Assembly (NCBI GenBank): GCA_014905635.1
Contig: JABVCE010000004.1
Coordinates: 1,488,001 to 1,552,000, forward strand
Direction: 5' to 3'
DNA: 64,000 nt
From: Scenedesmus sp. PABB004
Lineage: Eukaryota
Below are positions 33,401 through 43,166 of this stretch, piece after piece. The notes below the pieces were generated by a model. That model was not told the origin of the DNA. It worked only from the letters and a program-made list of their open reading frames with translations, and did not search any database. Each line of letters begins with the position of its first letter. Position 1 is the first letter of the stretch. The position numbers and the translations under genes are program-made.

Positions 33401-35040
33401 CGGACAGCTGCTCAGCAGTGAGTGCCGCGGCCGGCGGCGGGGGCGCCGGGCGGCGGCGGGGGCGCCAGGCGCGCCGCCGCGCGCAGGACCCGACGCCGCG
33501 CGCGCGCGGCGCAGGCTGGACGACCGCGGGCACCGCGAGCAACCCCTGGTCCTGGATCGACCCGGGCGCGTTTGCGCTCGTCGGCGCGGGTGCGACCGTC
33601 AGCGCCGCGCCGCCCCTCTCCCCCGCTCCCTTGCTCCCGCGGGCGCCGCCTCTGTGCCGCCGCCCACACCGCCGCGCCGCGCCGCGCCGCGCGCACACAC
33701 ACACACGCGCGCGCAGGCGCGTTCATGAGCAGCGTGACGCGGCTGACCGTGTCGCTCGCGGTGATCATGGTCGAAATCAGCGACGACGTGCACATGCTGC
33801 TGCCCGTGCTCGTGGCGATCATGGTCGCCAAGTGGGTCGCCGACGCGGCGTGCCACAGCCTCTACCACGCGCTGCTCGAGGTCAAGGCCGTGCCCTTCCT
33901 CGACCACGAGCCCGTGTCGCGCTTCTCGCTCGAGCTGCTCCCCGTCAGCGCGACGATGCGCGCGCCCGTGGTCAGCCTGGAGCTCACGATGAAGGCGCGC
34001 GCGCGCGCTGCGCCGCGCCGCGCCGCGCCGAGCGCCGCACACCGCGCGCCGCCGCGCCGGGCCGTCCGCCTCACACGCACACGCGCTCTGCCCCACGTGC
34101 TGTGCTGTGCCCGTCTGCCGCTGTGCCCCGGTGTGCGTGGGGGCGCAGGTGAGCGACATCCAGGCCATCCTGCGCGACACGAGCCACAACGGCTACCCCG
34201 TGGTCCGCGACAGCAGCGCGGGCCAGATCTGCCTCGGCCTCGTCACGCGCGCGCACCTGCTCGTGCTGCTGCAGCGCCTCATCGACGGCTACAACCCAAC
34301 CACCGGCTCGCCCGCGCCCAGCGGCGCGGGGGGCGCCGGCGGCGGCGGCGCCGCCGGCGGCGCGCGCGGCGGCGCGGGCGGCGCCACGGCGCCGGGCGGC
34401 GCGGCCGACACGCCCGCGCAGCAGCACCAGCAGCCGCTGCTGGCGCGTGAGCTGTCGTGGCAGGACCTGAACCGCAAGATGATGGAGCCGGTCGAGGCGT
34501 CTGAGCTGGAGCGGCGCGGCGGCGCGGCGGAGCAGCAGATGGTCGCGCTGCCGGGCGCCGCCGACTGGGAGCTCGACCTCGCGCCGGGGCTGCTCGCGCA
34601 GACGGTGGACCTCACGCCCTACGTGAACACGTCGGTCATGAAGGCGCGCGCACTTGCAAGACGGCGCGCACCGCGCCTTGCAGGACGGCGCGCGCCGCCC
34701 GCCGCGCCGGCGCCTGTGCTGAGCGCCGCCGCCGTGCCTGCGCCTGCGCCACGCGCGCGCGCGCGCGCAGGTGTCTGAGAGCATGTCCCTGGAGCGCGCG
34801 TACATCATCTTCCGCACCATGGGCCTGCGGCACCTCATCGTCGTCGACGCCCACAACCGCGTGCGGGGCATCGTGACGCGCAAGGACCTGCTCGGGTTCA
34901 AGCTCGACGAGGCCGTCGCGCGCGCGCTGCGCCGCGTCGACTCGGCGCGGCAGCTCGGGCAGGCCGCGTGGCTCGGCGGCGCGTCGCCGGCGGGCGGCGT
35001 CGGCGGCGGCGCTGCGGGCGGCAGCGGCGGGATCGTGTGA
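30427..35040 (+). CDS. CLC-family chloride channel/antiporter with two CBS domains (CLC-6/7/CLC-d-like; about 14 exons)
   Basis: FESIDY, SSGVPEVMAYLNG, GPEGPMIHIGA, KRDFVTAG, FNAPIGGLLFAFEE, SGLFVP, SLYH, HNGYPVV, FRTMGLRHLIVVD, GIVTRKDL. Confidence 0.95.
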
Positions 35041-35328
35041 GCGCGGCGCTCGTCGGCACTGCGCGAGTGTGGCTTTGGGTATCTGTCTGCACATTCTTTG
35101 CGCGCGGCGCTGCAGCGGGCGGGCGGGGCGGGCAGGCGAGTGGGCGGGCGCGCGACGTGCAACGCGCGTCGCGGTCAAACGAACGCCGCCGGTCGCCGCA
35201 CCCCACCAGACGCGCGACTCTGCGCTCAGGCCACGGCACAGGCGCGCGAGCTCTCGCTGTGCAGGCGGGGCGAGACCCCTCTCCGCTGCTCGCTTCGCAG
35301 CGGCGCCGGGGCGCGATGGGGCGATGAG

Positions 35329-36366
35329 ATGCCTGGCAGCGCCGCCAGCACGATCAGCGACGACTCCGACGACTCCGACGACCGGCTAGAGCGCGTGGCG
35401 TTCAAGCTCGTGCTGCTCGGCGACGCGGGCGTCGGCAAGACCGCGCTCGCGCGCCGCCTCGCCGCAGATGTTGCCCCGCCCGATGCAGGGTGCGGCGTCG
35501 CTGAGGGTGTGGGGCGGGGGCGGGTCTCGGGCCGCCCAGCAGCAGCCTGGCGCGCGACGGAGGCCGGGCGTGCGGCGGGGCCGCACGGAGCCGCCGCGCA
35601 CCGCGCCGCCGCAGGACCGCGCCGACCTCTGGCGTCGAGTTCTACGCCGCCGAGCTGCGGCTCACCGAGGACACGACCGCCACGCTGCAGGTCTGGGACC
35701 TCGGCGCCGCTGGCGTCGGCAGCCTGGCGATGGCCGCCAACTACCTCGCCGGCTGCGACGGCGTGCTGCTCGTGCACGACGTGGCCGCGCCAAACGTGCG
35801 GGGCGGGCGCCGCCGCGGCCGCCGCCGTGCACGCGGCGGTGGCGCGGTCAGCCGGCGCTGCCTCACCGCGGCACACACACACCGGCGGGCGGCCCGCCCC
35901 GACCGCGCCCGGCCGCCGCCCGCTGCGCGCGCAGAGCTTCGCCGCAGCCTGCGCCTGGCTGGGGCTGCTGCGCGAGATGTTTGCGCCCGCCGGCGCGCTG
36001 CCCTACGTCGGCGTCGTGGCCAACAAGGCCGACGCCGAGCCGCAGCGCGCCGCCGCGGCGCGGCTGCACGCGGGCGCCGCGGAGCTGTCCGACGCCTTCA
36101 CCTACTGCGTCTCAGCGGCGACCGGCGCTGGTGTCGCTGCGATGTTTATCCAGGCCGCCGCCGACCTCGCCGGCATCCCCCTCACCCCCGCGCAGCTCGC
36201 CGCCGCGGTGGCGCGCCGCGCGCCGGCGCCGGCCGACGACGACCGCCCGCCGCCGCTGGCGGCGGCTCCGGCGGCGCCGGCCGCGCCGCGCGGCCGCGTC
36301 GCCGGTCGATGTCGCTGCTGCTGCGCCGGCAGAGGCTGCTGGCCGGCGTGGGCAGCGCCGTGGTGA
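35329..36366 (+). CDS. RAB28: Rab28-like small GTPase, divergent (3 exons)
   Basis: Acidic N-terminus SDDSDDSDD, FKLVLLGDAGVGKT, PTSGVEFY, TLQVWDLG, VANKAD, VSA, AADLAGIPL. Subfamily assignment is from recalled motifs. Confidence 0.7.
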   Translation: MPGSAASTISDDSDDSDDRLERVAFKLVLLGDAGVGKTALARRLAADVAPPDAGCGVAEGVGRGRVSGRPAAAWRATEAGRAAGPHGAAAHRAAAGPRRPLASSSTPPSCGSPRTRPPRCRSGTSAPLASAAWRWPPTTSPAATACCSCTTWPRQTCGAGAAAAAAVHAAVARSAGAASPRHTHTGGRPAPTAPGRRPLRAQSFAAACAWLGLLREMFAPAGALPYVGVVANKADAEPQRAAAARLHAGAAELSDAFTYCVSAATGAGVAAMFIQAAADLAGIPLTPAQLAAAVARRAPAPADDDRPPPLAAAPAAPAAPRGRVAGRCRCCCAGRGCWPAWAAPW

Positions 36367-36662
36367 CGGCTGATCAGCTGCGAGCTGACCCGTGCGCCGC
36401 GAGCTCGCGTGCCCAGCGGTGACAGCGGCAGCGACTCCGCGCCCGGCTAGTGCGTGAGAACGCGCCGATCGGCGACTTCGTGGCGCGCTGGAGCGCAAAT
36501 CGCGCGGCCTGCTGACGCTTCAACCCTGACGCCCGCTAAGGTTGGCCGCCGCTGCGCGCTCGCTGCGCGGCGGGAGCATGCGGCACTCTAATTCGCTCGT
36601 CTCGCACCTCACACGCAACCCCCCGCCACACGCGGCGCTCGCAGGCGCCCCGCCGAGCTCGA

Positions 36663-37406
36663 ATGGCCGCGCCACGCCGCCGTCTCGCGCTGGCGCCGCC
36701 GCCGCCTCAGCGCCCCAAGCCCCAGGCGCACGACGACGGCGGCGTTGCAGACGCGCGCCCCGGCCACGGCGGCGCGGCCGAGCCCGTGGGCTGGGCGGCG
36801 GCGGCCTGGGGCGCGGCGCACGCGCTGCCGCCGCTGGCGGGCGAGCCGGTGGCGCCGCACGGCGTGCACGCGGCGGCCGACGGCGGCGGCCGCGGCGGCG
36901 GCGGCTACGCGCCGCCGCGGCCGCTCAGTCCCGCGAGCGCACAGGCGGCGCTCGCGGCGGCGGCGGCCGAAGTGCGCGCCGTGTTTGCCGCGGGCGGGCC
37001 GGCGCTGCTGGAGTGGGTGACCGCCGCGCCCGACGTGCAGGATGCGGAGCACCTGCGCCGCGCCGCGCAGGCGCTGGCCGCCTACGTCGCCGCCGAGGCC
37101 GCGCCCGGCGGCGCGGCGCACGCCGACGCGCACGGCGCGCACGCACTGCTGCAGGGCCTCGCCGCGCGGCCGGCGCCGTGCATGAGCGTGCTGGAGCTCA
37201 CCGGCGTCTGCCGCCCGCTGCTGGCCGTGGCGACCTACTCCCCCCACACCGCGCTGCGGGGCCTCGCCGCCGAGCTGGTGGACCGCTGGGCGCGCATCGC
37301 GCTCGCCGCCGCGCGGCGCGCCGAGGCAGCGCTGGCCGCGCAGCGCCGCGCCGGCGCCGGGCGCGGCGGCGGCGCGCTGCCGGAGCTCGCCGGCGTGGCG
37401 GTGTGA
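36663..37406 (+). CDS. TFIIS N-terminal (Med26/IWS1-type helical bundle) domain protein, intronless
   Basis: Coding-like 247-aa ORF containing LLQGLAARPAPCMSVLELTGVCRPL...LRGLAAELVDRW, which resembles the L..T.IG..V....A..LV..W consensus. Confidence 0.6.
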   Translation: MAAPRRRLALAPPPPQRPKPQAHDDGGVADARPGHGGAAEPVGWAAAAWGAAHALPPLAGEPVAPHGVHAAADGGGRGGGGYAPPRPLSPASAQAALAAAAAEVRAVFAAGGPALLEWVTAAPDVQDAEHLRRAAQALAAYVAAEAAPGGAAHADAHGAHALLQGLAARPAPCMSVLELTGVCRPLLAVATYSPHTALRGLAAELVDRWARIALAAARRAEAALAAQRRAGAGRGGGALPELAGVAV

Positions 37407-37691
37407 CGAGGCTGGGGTGGCGGCGGCGGCGGCGGTGTGACGTGTTGGCGGTGTGGGGCTGGAAGGCTCAGCGGCGAGCGTGCGCGTGTAGACACACCCC
37501 GGGCCGCACGTCACATGACGGCGCTTCGCTCGCTTTCAAACCGCGCGCGGGCGGGAGCTGCGCGCCGGGGCCCGAGCGCCACACGCTGCAGCCGCACACC
37601 GCTACGCACCTGCCCACAACGCGGAGGCGCCCCGCCCAGCTGCCAGCGCCGCTGCCGCCGCAACAGCGCGCTGCTGCCGCCGGCGGCGCCC

Positions 37692-40007
37692 ATGGCGGAG
37701 GCGCGGCCCAAGCGGCGCAGCGTGCTGCGCAAGAACGCGCTTCCCGATGCCACGCACTACGTGGGCTACGTGGAGGACGAGGAGACGCCCGAAATGATCA
37801 TGAAAAAGTTTGAGGAGATGGAGCGCATCCGCGCCGCCCCCGCAGCCCGCGCCGCCAGCCCGGGAGACGGCCAGGAACCGGCGGAGCGCGGGGCCGGCGC
37901 CGCGGGGCCCAGCGTCGGCGGCGGCGGCGGCACGGCCGGCGGCGGCGGCGCCGGCGACGCGGGCGCCGGCCCGCTGGACCAGGCGCAGCTGATGCAGGTG
38001 TTCAAGGCCACCAGCATGTACAACGTCAAGAGCGTGCTGTCAAACAACGCGGCGCTGATGGCGGACGCGCGGTCGCAGGACCGCGGGCCCGCGTCCGACG
38101 CGGCGTTCGATTCGGGTGCGCGCGGCGCCGGCTGCGAAGGCGGCGGGGGCGCCCGCGCGCGGGGTGCCCACGCGCCCTGAGTGGTTGCGGCGCCCCGCAG
38201 GCTCCGAGGACGACCTGGTGGCGGAGCTGCGCGGCTTCTGGTCCGACGACGACTGGGGCGGCCGGGCGAGCAAGAAGCGGTGCGCACTCGCGCTCGCGCG
38301 CCGCCGCGGGCGCGGCGCCGCGCGCGCCCACGCCGCCTGCCCCACCCCCGCGCGCCGCCCAGGTCCAAGGGCGCGCGCGGCGCGGCGCGGGACGGCGGCG
38401 CGCGCGGCCGCGGCGGCGGCCGCGGCGGCGGCGGCGCGCTGCAGCGCAACGCGCGCACCGCGATGATCGCCCAATACAACCGCGACACGCACGCCTTCAT
38501 CCGGCGCCGCGTGCGCGTGGCCGACCCCGACGCGCTGCTGCAGCTGCGCGTGCCGCCGCCGCCGCTGCCGCTCGCGTGGGGGCGCGCCGTGCGGCCGGCG
38601 GGGCAGCGCGCCGTGGCGGGCGCGGCGGCCGGCGGCGGCGCCGCGGCCGCGGCCCAGCAGCAGGCGCCGGCGGCGGCGCGTGGGCTGCTGCACCAGTGGC
38701 ACACGCTGCCGGCGTCGCGCAACTGCGACCCAACCAGCGACGGCGGCGGCAGCAGCAGTCAAGGTGCGGGGGCGAGGCGCGCCGCGCCGCGCCGCAGCGC
38801 CAGCGCCCACGCCGCCCGCCCGCGCCGCCCGCCCGTGCCGCCCGGAGCAGCAGGCGGGACGCCGCCGGGCGACGCGTGCGCGCGGCACGTGGCGCACGAC
38901 ATCCCGGGCTTTGCGTTTGGCAGCCTCGCCGTGTCGGAGTTTCAGGCGGTGCTCATCAACACCGGCTGGGAGCTGCGCCCGCAGGCGGCGGCGGACCAGC
39001 AGCAGCTGGACCAGCAGCCGCAGGGGCAGCAGGCGCAGGCGCAGCAGCAGCAGCAGCAGCAGGCGCAGCAGCAGCAGGGCGGCGTGGCGAGCTGGGCGCC
39101 GGCCGCCGCGCCAGACCTGCCGGCCATCAGCGGCGGCGGCGCCGGCGGCGGCGGCGGGCTGCCGGAGGCGGTGCAGCGCCTCGCGTGCGTGCCCGTGCCG
39201 GCGCTGTGCCCGCGCGGCTTCATCTTCATCTGGGCAAACAAGGAGCACCTCTCGGGTGCGCGCCGCAGCGCGCGCGCGCAGCACGCGCCGCGGCCTCCGC
39301 ACAGCCCGCACGTGCGCGCCCGCCCCGCCGCGCGCCCAACAAGCCGCCGCGCCGCGCGCGCAGCCGTGGTGCGGCTGATGTCGGCGTGGGGGTTCAGCTA
39401 CGTCGAGAACCTGACCTGGGTGCTGCTGGGCCCGGGGCACGACGTGCTGCGCCTGCCCTACCCCACGGCGCGGCGCTCGCACGTGACGCTGTACATCTTC
39501 CGAAAGGACGGTGAGCCCGCCGCGCCGCCCGCCCCACCGCACGCACGCCCACAGCGGCCCGGCCAGCTCGGGGCGCGGGGCGGCGGTATGTCTGCCCTCT
39601 GTCTGCCCGGCGGCGGCGCGCGCGCGCGCGCGCGTGGCGGCGCGCGAGCCGCCGAGCGCCGTCCCGCGCGCAGGTGAGGGCCGCGACATCGAGCTGCGCC
39701 ACCAGCGCAGCCCCGACGTCGTGCTGGACTGCGTGCGCGCGGTCGAGGGTGCGCCGGCGCGCGCGCTGCCGCCGCGCGCTGCGGCGCGCCGCCGCCGGCC
39801 CGTGCCCGACGGGTCCCGCCGCGCCGCCGCCGCGCCGCCGCAGGCCGCGAGTGGGACGTGCCGGCTGAGGTGTTTGCGACGATTGAGACGCTCCTGCCAA
39901 CGGGCCAGGGCGCCTTCCTGGAGCTCTGGGCGCCCGCCGAGGCCGGGCGCGCGGGCTGGACGCACGTCGTCGAGCGGCCGGCGGTAGGCGGCGCGGCGGC
40001 GCGCTGA
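37692..40007 (+). CDS. MT-A70 family adenine-methyltransferase-like protein lacking DPPW (MTA9/AMT6-7-like; about 7 exons)
   Basis: FQAVLINTGW at the motif IV position, PRGFIFIWANK, WGFSYVENLTW, RSHVTLYIFRK, IELRHQRSPDVV, IETLLP..FLELWA...RAGW; N-terminal YVGYVEDEETPEMIMKKFEE. Confidence 0.82.
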
Positions 40008-40306
40008 GCCCTGCCGCGTGAGCGCGCGGCAACCACTGGGCCCAGCGACTCAGGCAGGCCGACGCCACTCGCCCGTTGCAGCCACGCCAAGGTGCCTCTC
40101 CCGCACGCCGCCAGAGCAGGAGCAGCAGCGGCTTCGGCGGCAGCAGCAGCGGCGGCGCATGCGCAGAGCCGGCGGCGGCGCAGCCTCTCGCGCGCGAGTG
40201 GCAGAGCAGCGCCGAGCGGACCTCCCGTCCAGCCGAGCGGCGGCCCGGCGCGCTCGGCTCGCCCTGCACTCTCCTCGCGCTCTGCAGCCCTGCAGCGCGC
40301 GCGGGG

Positions 40307-41405
40307 ATGGCCGATCCGGGCTCTCCCAAGCGCCCGCGGCCCGAGGAGGCGACCGCGGCCCTGAAGCGGCCGCGCGGTGAGCCGGCAGGCGGCGACGGCA
40401 GCAATCAGCAGCTAGCGGCGCCGCCACCGCCGGGCGAGCCGCTGGACGCCGGCAACCTGCTGCCCGCCCTGCAGCAGCTCCTGGCCGTCTACAAGGTGTG
40501 GGGCCCGCGCCGGCGCGGGCGTCGGGCGGCCCGCTGCGGCGCGGCGCGGCGGGGGGCGGCAGCAGCGGCCGCTGCTGCAGCTCGGCGGGCCGCCGCGGCT
40601 CATAGGGGGCGCGCCTCTCCGCGCGCCGCCGCCGCAGGTGGAGTACTGGGCGCTGCTGGAGGAGATGCGGGCCAAGCGGCAAGCCTTCTGCGCCGCGGGG
40701 CGCGACGCGGGCGGCGCTGGCGACGACGCAGAGGCGGCCGGCGCGCCGGCGCCGGGCGCCGGCGGCGTGCGCGAGCTGCTGCTGGGCGCGGGGCAGCAGC
40801 AGCAGGGCGACGCGGCGCCGGGCGGCGGCTACGGCGACGCGCGCTGCGGCCACGGCGCCGCGGCGGAGCGCCTGCCGCCGCCGAGCGAGGCGGAGGCGGC
40901 GCTGCTGGCGCTGCCGCGCGGCGCCGACGGCGGCGCGGCGAGCGCGGAGCAGCTCGCGGCGTGGCACGCGCGCTTCGTGGGCGCGTCGGGCGGCGTCGCG
41001 GCGCTGGAGCAGCTGGCGAGCGCGGCGACGGCGCAGCTGCTCGACGCGCAGGGCGGCCTCGCGTGCCTGTGCGGCGCCGGCGGGCGCTGGGTGCTGCGGC
41101 GCACCGCGGTGACGGTCGGGCGCTCGAGCGACAGCAAGGGCGACGTGGACGTCGACCTCGGCAAGGCCGCGGGCGGCGTGTCGCGGCTGCAGGCGCAGCT
41201 CAGCCTCGGCCTCGACGGCGGCTGGAGCGTGCGCAACACCGGCCGCGCGCCGCTCGCGGTCAACGGCAGGCACGTGCCGCGCGGCGGCTGCGCGGCGCTG
41301 CCGCACCTGAGCCTGCTCGACGTGGGCGGCGTGGCGCTGCTGTTCATGGCCAACAGCATGGCCACGGCGCGCGCCATCGACCGCTCGACGCACCTCGTCA
41401 TGTGA
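40307..41405 (+). CDS. FHA-domain protein, MCRS1/microspherule protein 1-like (2 exons)
   Basis: LACLCG..RWVLRRTAVTVGRSS...VDVDLG...VSRLQAQLSL...VRNTGR.PLAVNG, with a KRPR-type NLS at the N-terminus. Confidence 0.75.
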
Positions 41406-41470
41406 GCGGGCGGCGGCCGGCTGTGTGCGCGCGGCGGCCGGCTGCGTGCGCGCGCTGTTGCAGGGGCCTG

Positions 41471-41520
41471 TGTAACGTTGCCGCAGCCCACGACCAGAGA
41501 GCGTGCGGATCAGCGTTACA
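41471..41520. promoter_or_regulatory. Facing TGTAA poly(A) signals of two convergent genes
   Basis: TGTAA on + at 41471-41475 (FHA gene) and TGTAA on - at 41516-41520 (orphan gene). Confidence 0.6.
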
Positions 41521-41771
41521 TGAGGAGCGTGAGTCGGGGCACAAGCAAACGTATCGTCCGAAGGAAAAAAGACCGCACCTCCGTGCGGGGCCGCCGACGG
41601 CCGCCGCGCCTGCGGGGGCCGCCGGCGGCGCTGCTGCTGCTGCTTCTGGCACCGGGGCAGGGGGCAGCCCCGCGGCGCGCCGGCGCGGCAGCTGCCGCGC
41701 CGCCGTCGCCGCCGCCCGCCCGCCGCCCTGGCCGCGTGCGGGGCACGCCGTGCGAGGGCGCGCGCGCGGCC

Positions 41772-42501
41772 TCACTGCCAGTACATGTCCTGGGGCATCG
41801 CCGGCCCGGTGCGGGGGATCTTCCAGCGCTTCCAGTGCAGGTGGTCCCACCACATGTGCTCCCAGCTGTCCGTGACGTTGCGGGGGCCGCCGCCCACCTG
41901 CGCGCGGCGGCGCGGCGCGTCGTCGGCCACGGCGGCGGAACCCAGCGGCGGCAGCGGCCGGGCGGCGCGCGGCGGCGGCGGGCGGGCGGGCAGGCGGCGG
42001 CGCTCACCAGCCACGTGCGCGGCGCCTGGCCGCGCAGCGCGTCCCGCCGCTGTGCCGCCTCGTTCACGCACGAGGCGAGGTAGTCAGGGCTGCGCGCGGT
42101 GCGGCGCGGCGTCAGGGATCGGGCGCGCACGGCCGGCGGGCGCCGCTGCCGCCGCGTCCCGCGCCCGCGCCGCTCACTCGTTCTTGCGCGCGCGCAGCTC
42201 GCTGCCAAACGTCTTGCCGGGGAACATGTGGCACACCAGCGACGTCTGCGGGGGCGGGCGCGCGCGGCGCGTGGGCGGGCCGCGCGCGGCAACAGCAGCG
42301 GCCGCCGCCGCTGCCGCCGCCGCTGTCGCGCTGCGGACTGGGCCGCGCGAGCCCCGCCGCGCGCCGCCCCAGCGAGATCGCGGCGCCCCGCACGTTGATG
42401 GCGAGGAAGAAGGCGCCGAAGAAGTCCCCGGGGACGTGCGGGATGGACGCCGGGCCCTTGTAGGGCTGGTAGGCCAGGAACACGGGCGGCTCCTCATCCA
42501 T
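41772..42501 (-). CDS. Uncharacterised 127-aa Trp/His-rich protein (4 exons)
   Basis: Exons 42501-42394, 42245-42178, 42089-42008 and 41897-41772 have GT-AG borders and consistent phases (384 nt); coding-like codons; TGTAA downstream. Confidence 0.72.
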
Positions 42502-43166
42502 GGCGTCCGACTGCGGCCTGGGGACGCGAGGGCGGGCGGCGGGGCCTGGCCGGCCCCCTGCGGCGCGCGGGCGCCGGACTGCGCAGTCGATGGCCGAAGG
42601 CGCGCCGCCTCAGTCGCGCATTGCCGGTCGGCCGATCCGGGGAGGGCGTGTGGGCGACGGGCGCGTACGTAGCGTGGCGGGGCGGCGACCGGGGTGCGGC
42701 GGCGGCAGCGGCGGTGCACAGCCGGGGCGCAGCGGCCGCCGCCGCTGTTCTGCCGGCGAGCCGCCGCCGCCGTTGTTGCTGCTGGCGCCGCCGCCGCCGG
42801 CACTGGCGCCGCCGCTGCCTCGGCCGCCGCCGCCGGCGATCGCCGCTGCCGGCCCGAGTGCTGCCGTGGGCCCCGCCTCCAGGCGCGCGGTCACCCGATC
42901 AACTCTCTCCCAAACTCGGACTGCCGACCGACAAACAACTCGGGCGCGCCCGCCCCTGCGCCCCTGCGCGCCGCGTGCGCTGGGGGCGGCGGGGCGGCGA
43001 GTGCGCGCCGCGGCGAGCAACGCCCGACGGCAGCCCCCTGCCGCGTGTGCGCACGGCCGACAACGCCAACGCCCGGCCAGCGCGGCCGGCCCGCCGCCCG
43101 CGGGGACGGCGCCACACACACAGCACACGCAGCACTCGCCCGCCGCGCCCGCCGCCCGGCCGCCCC

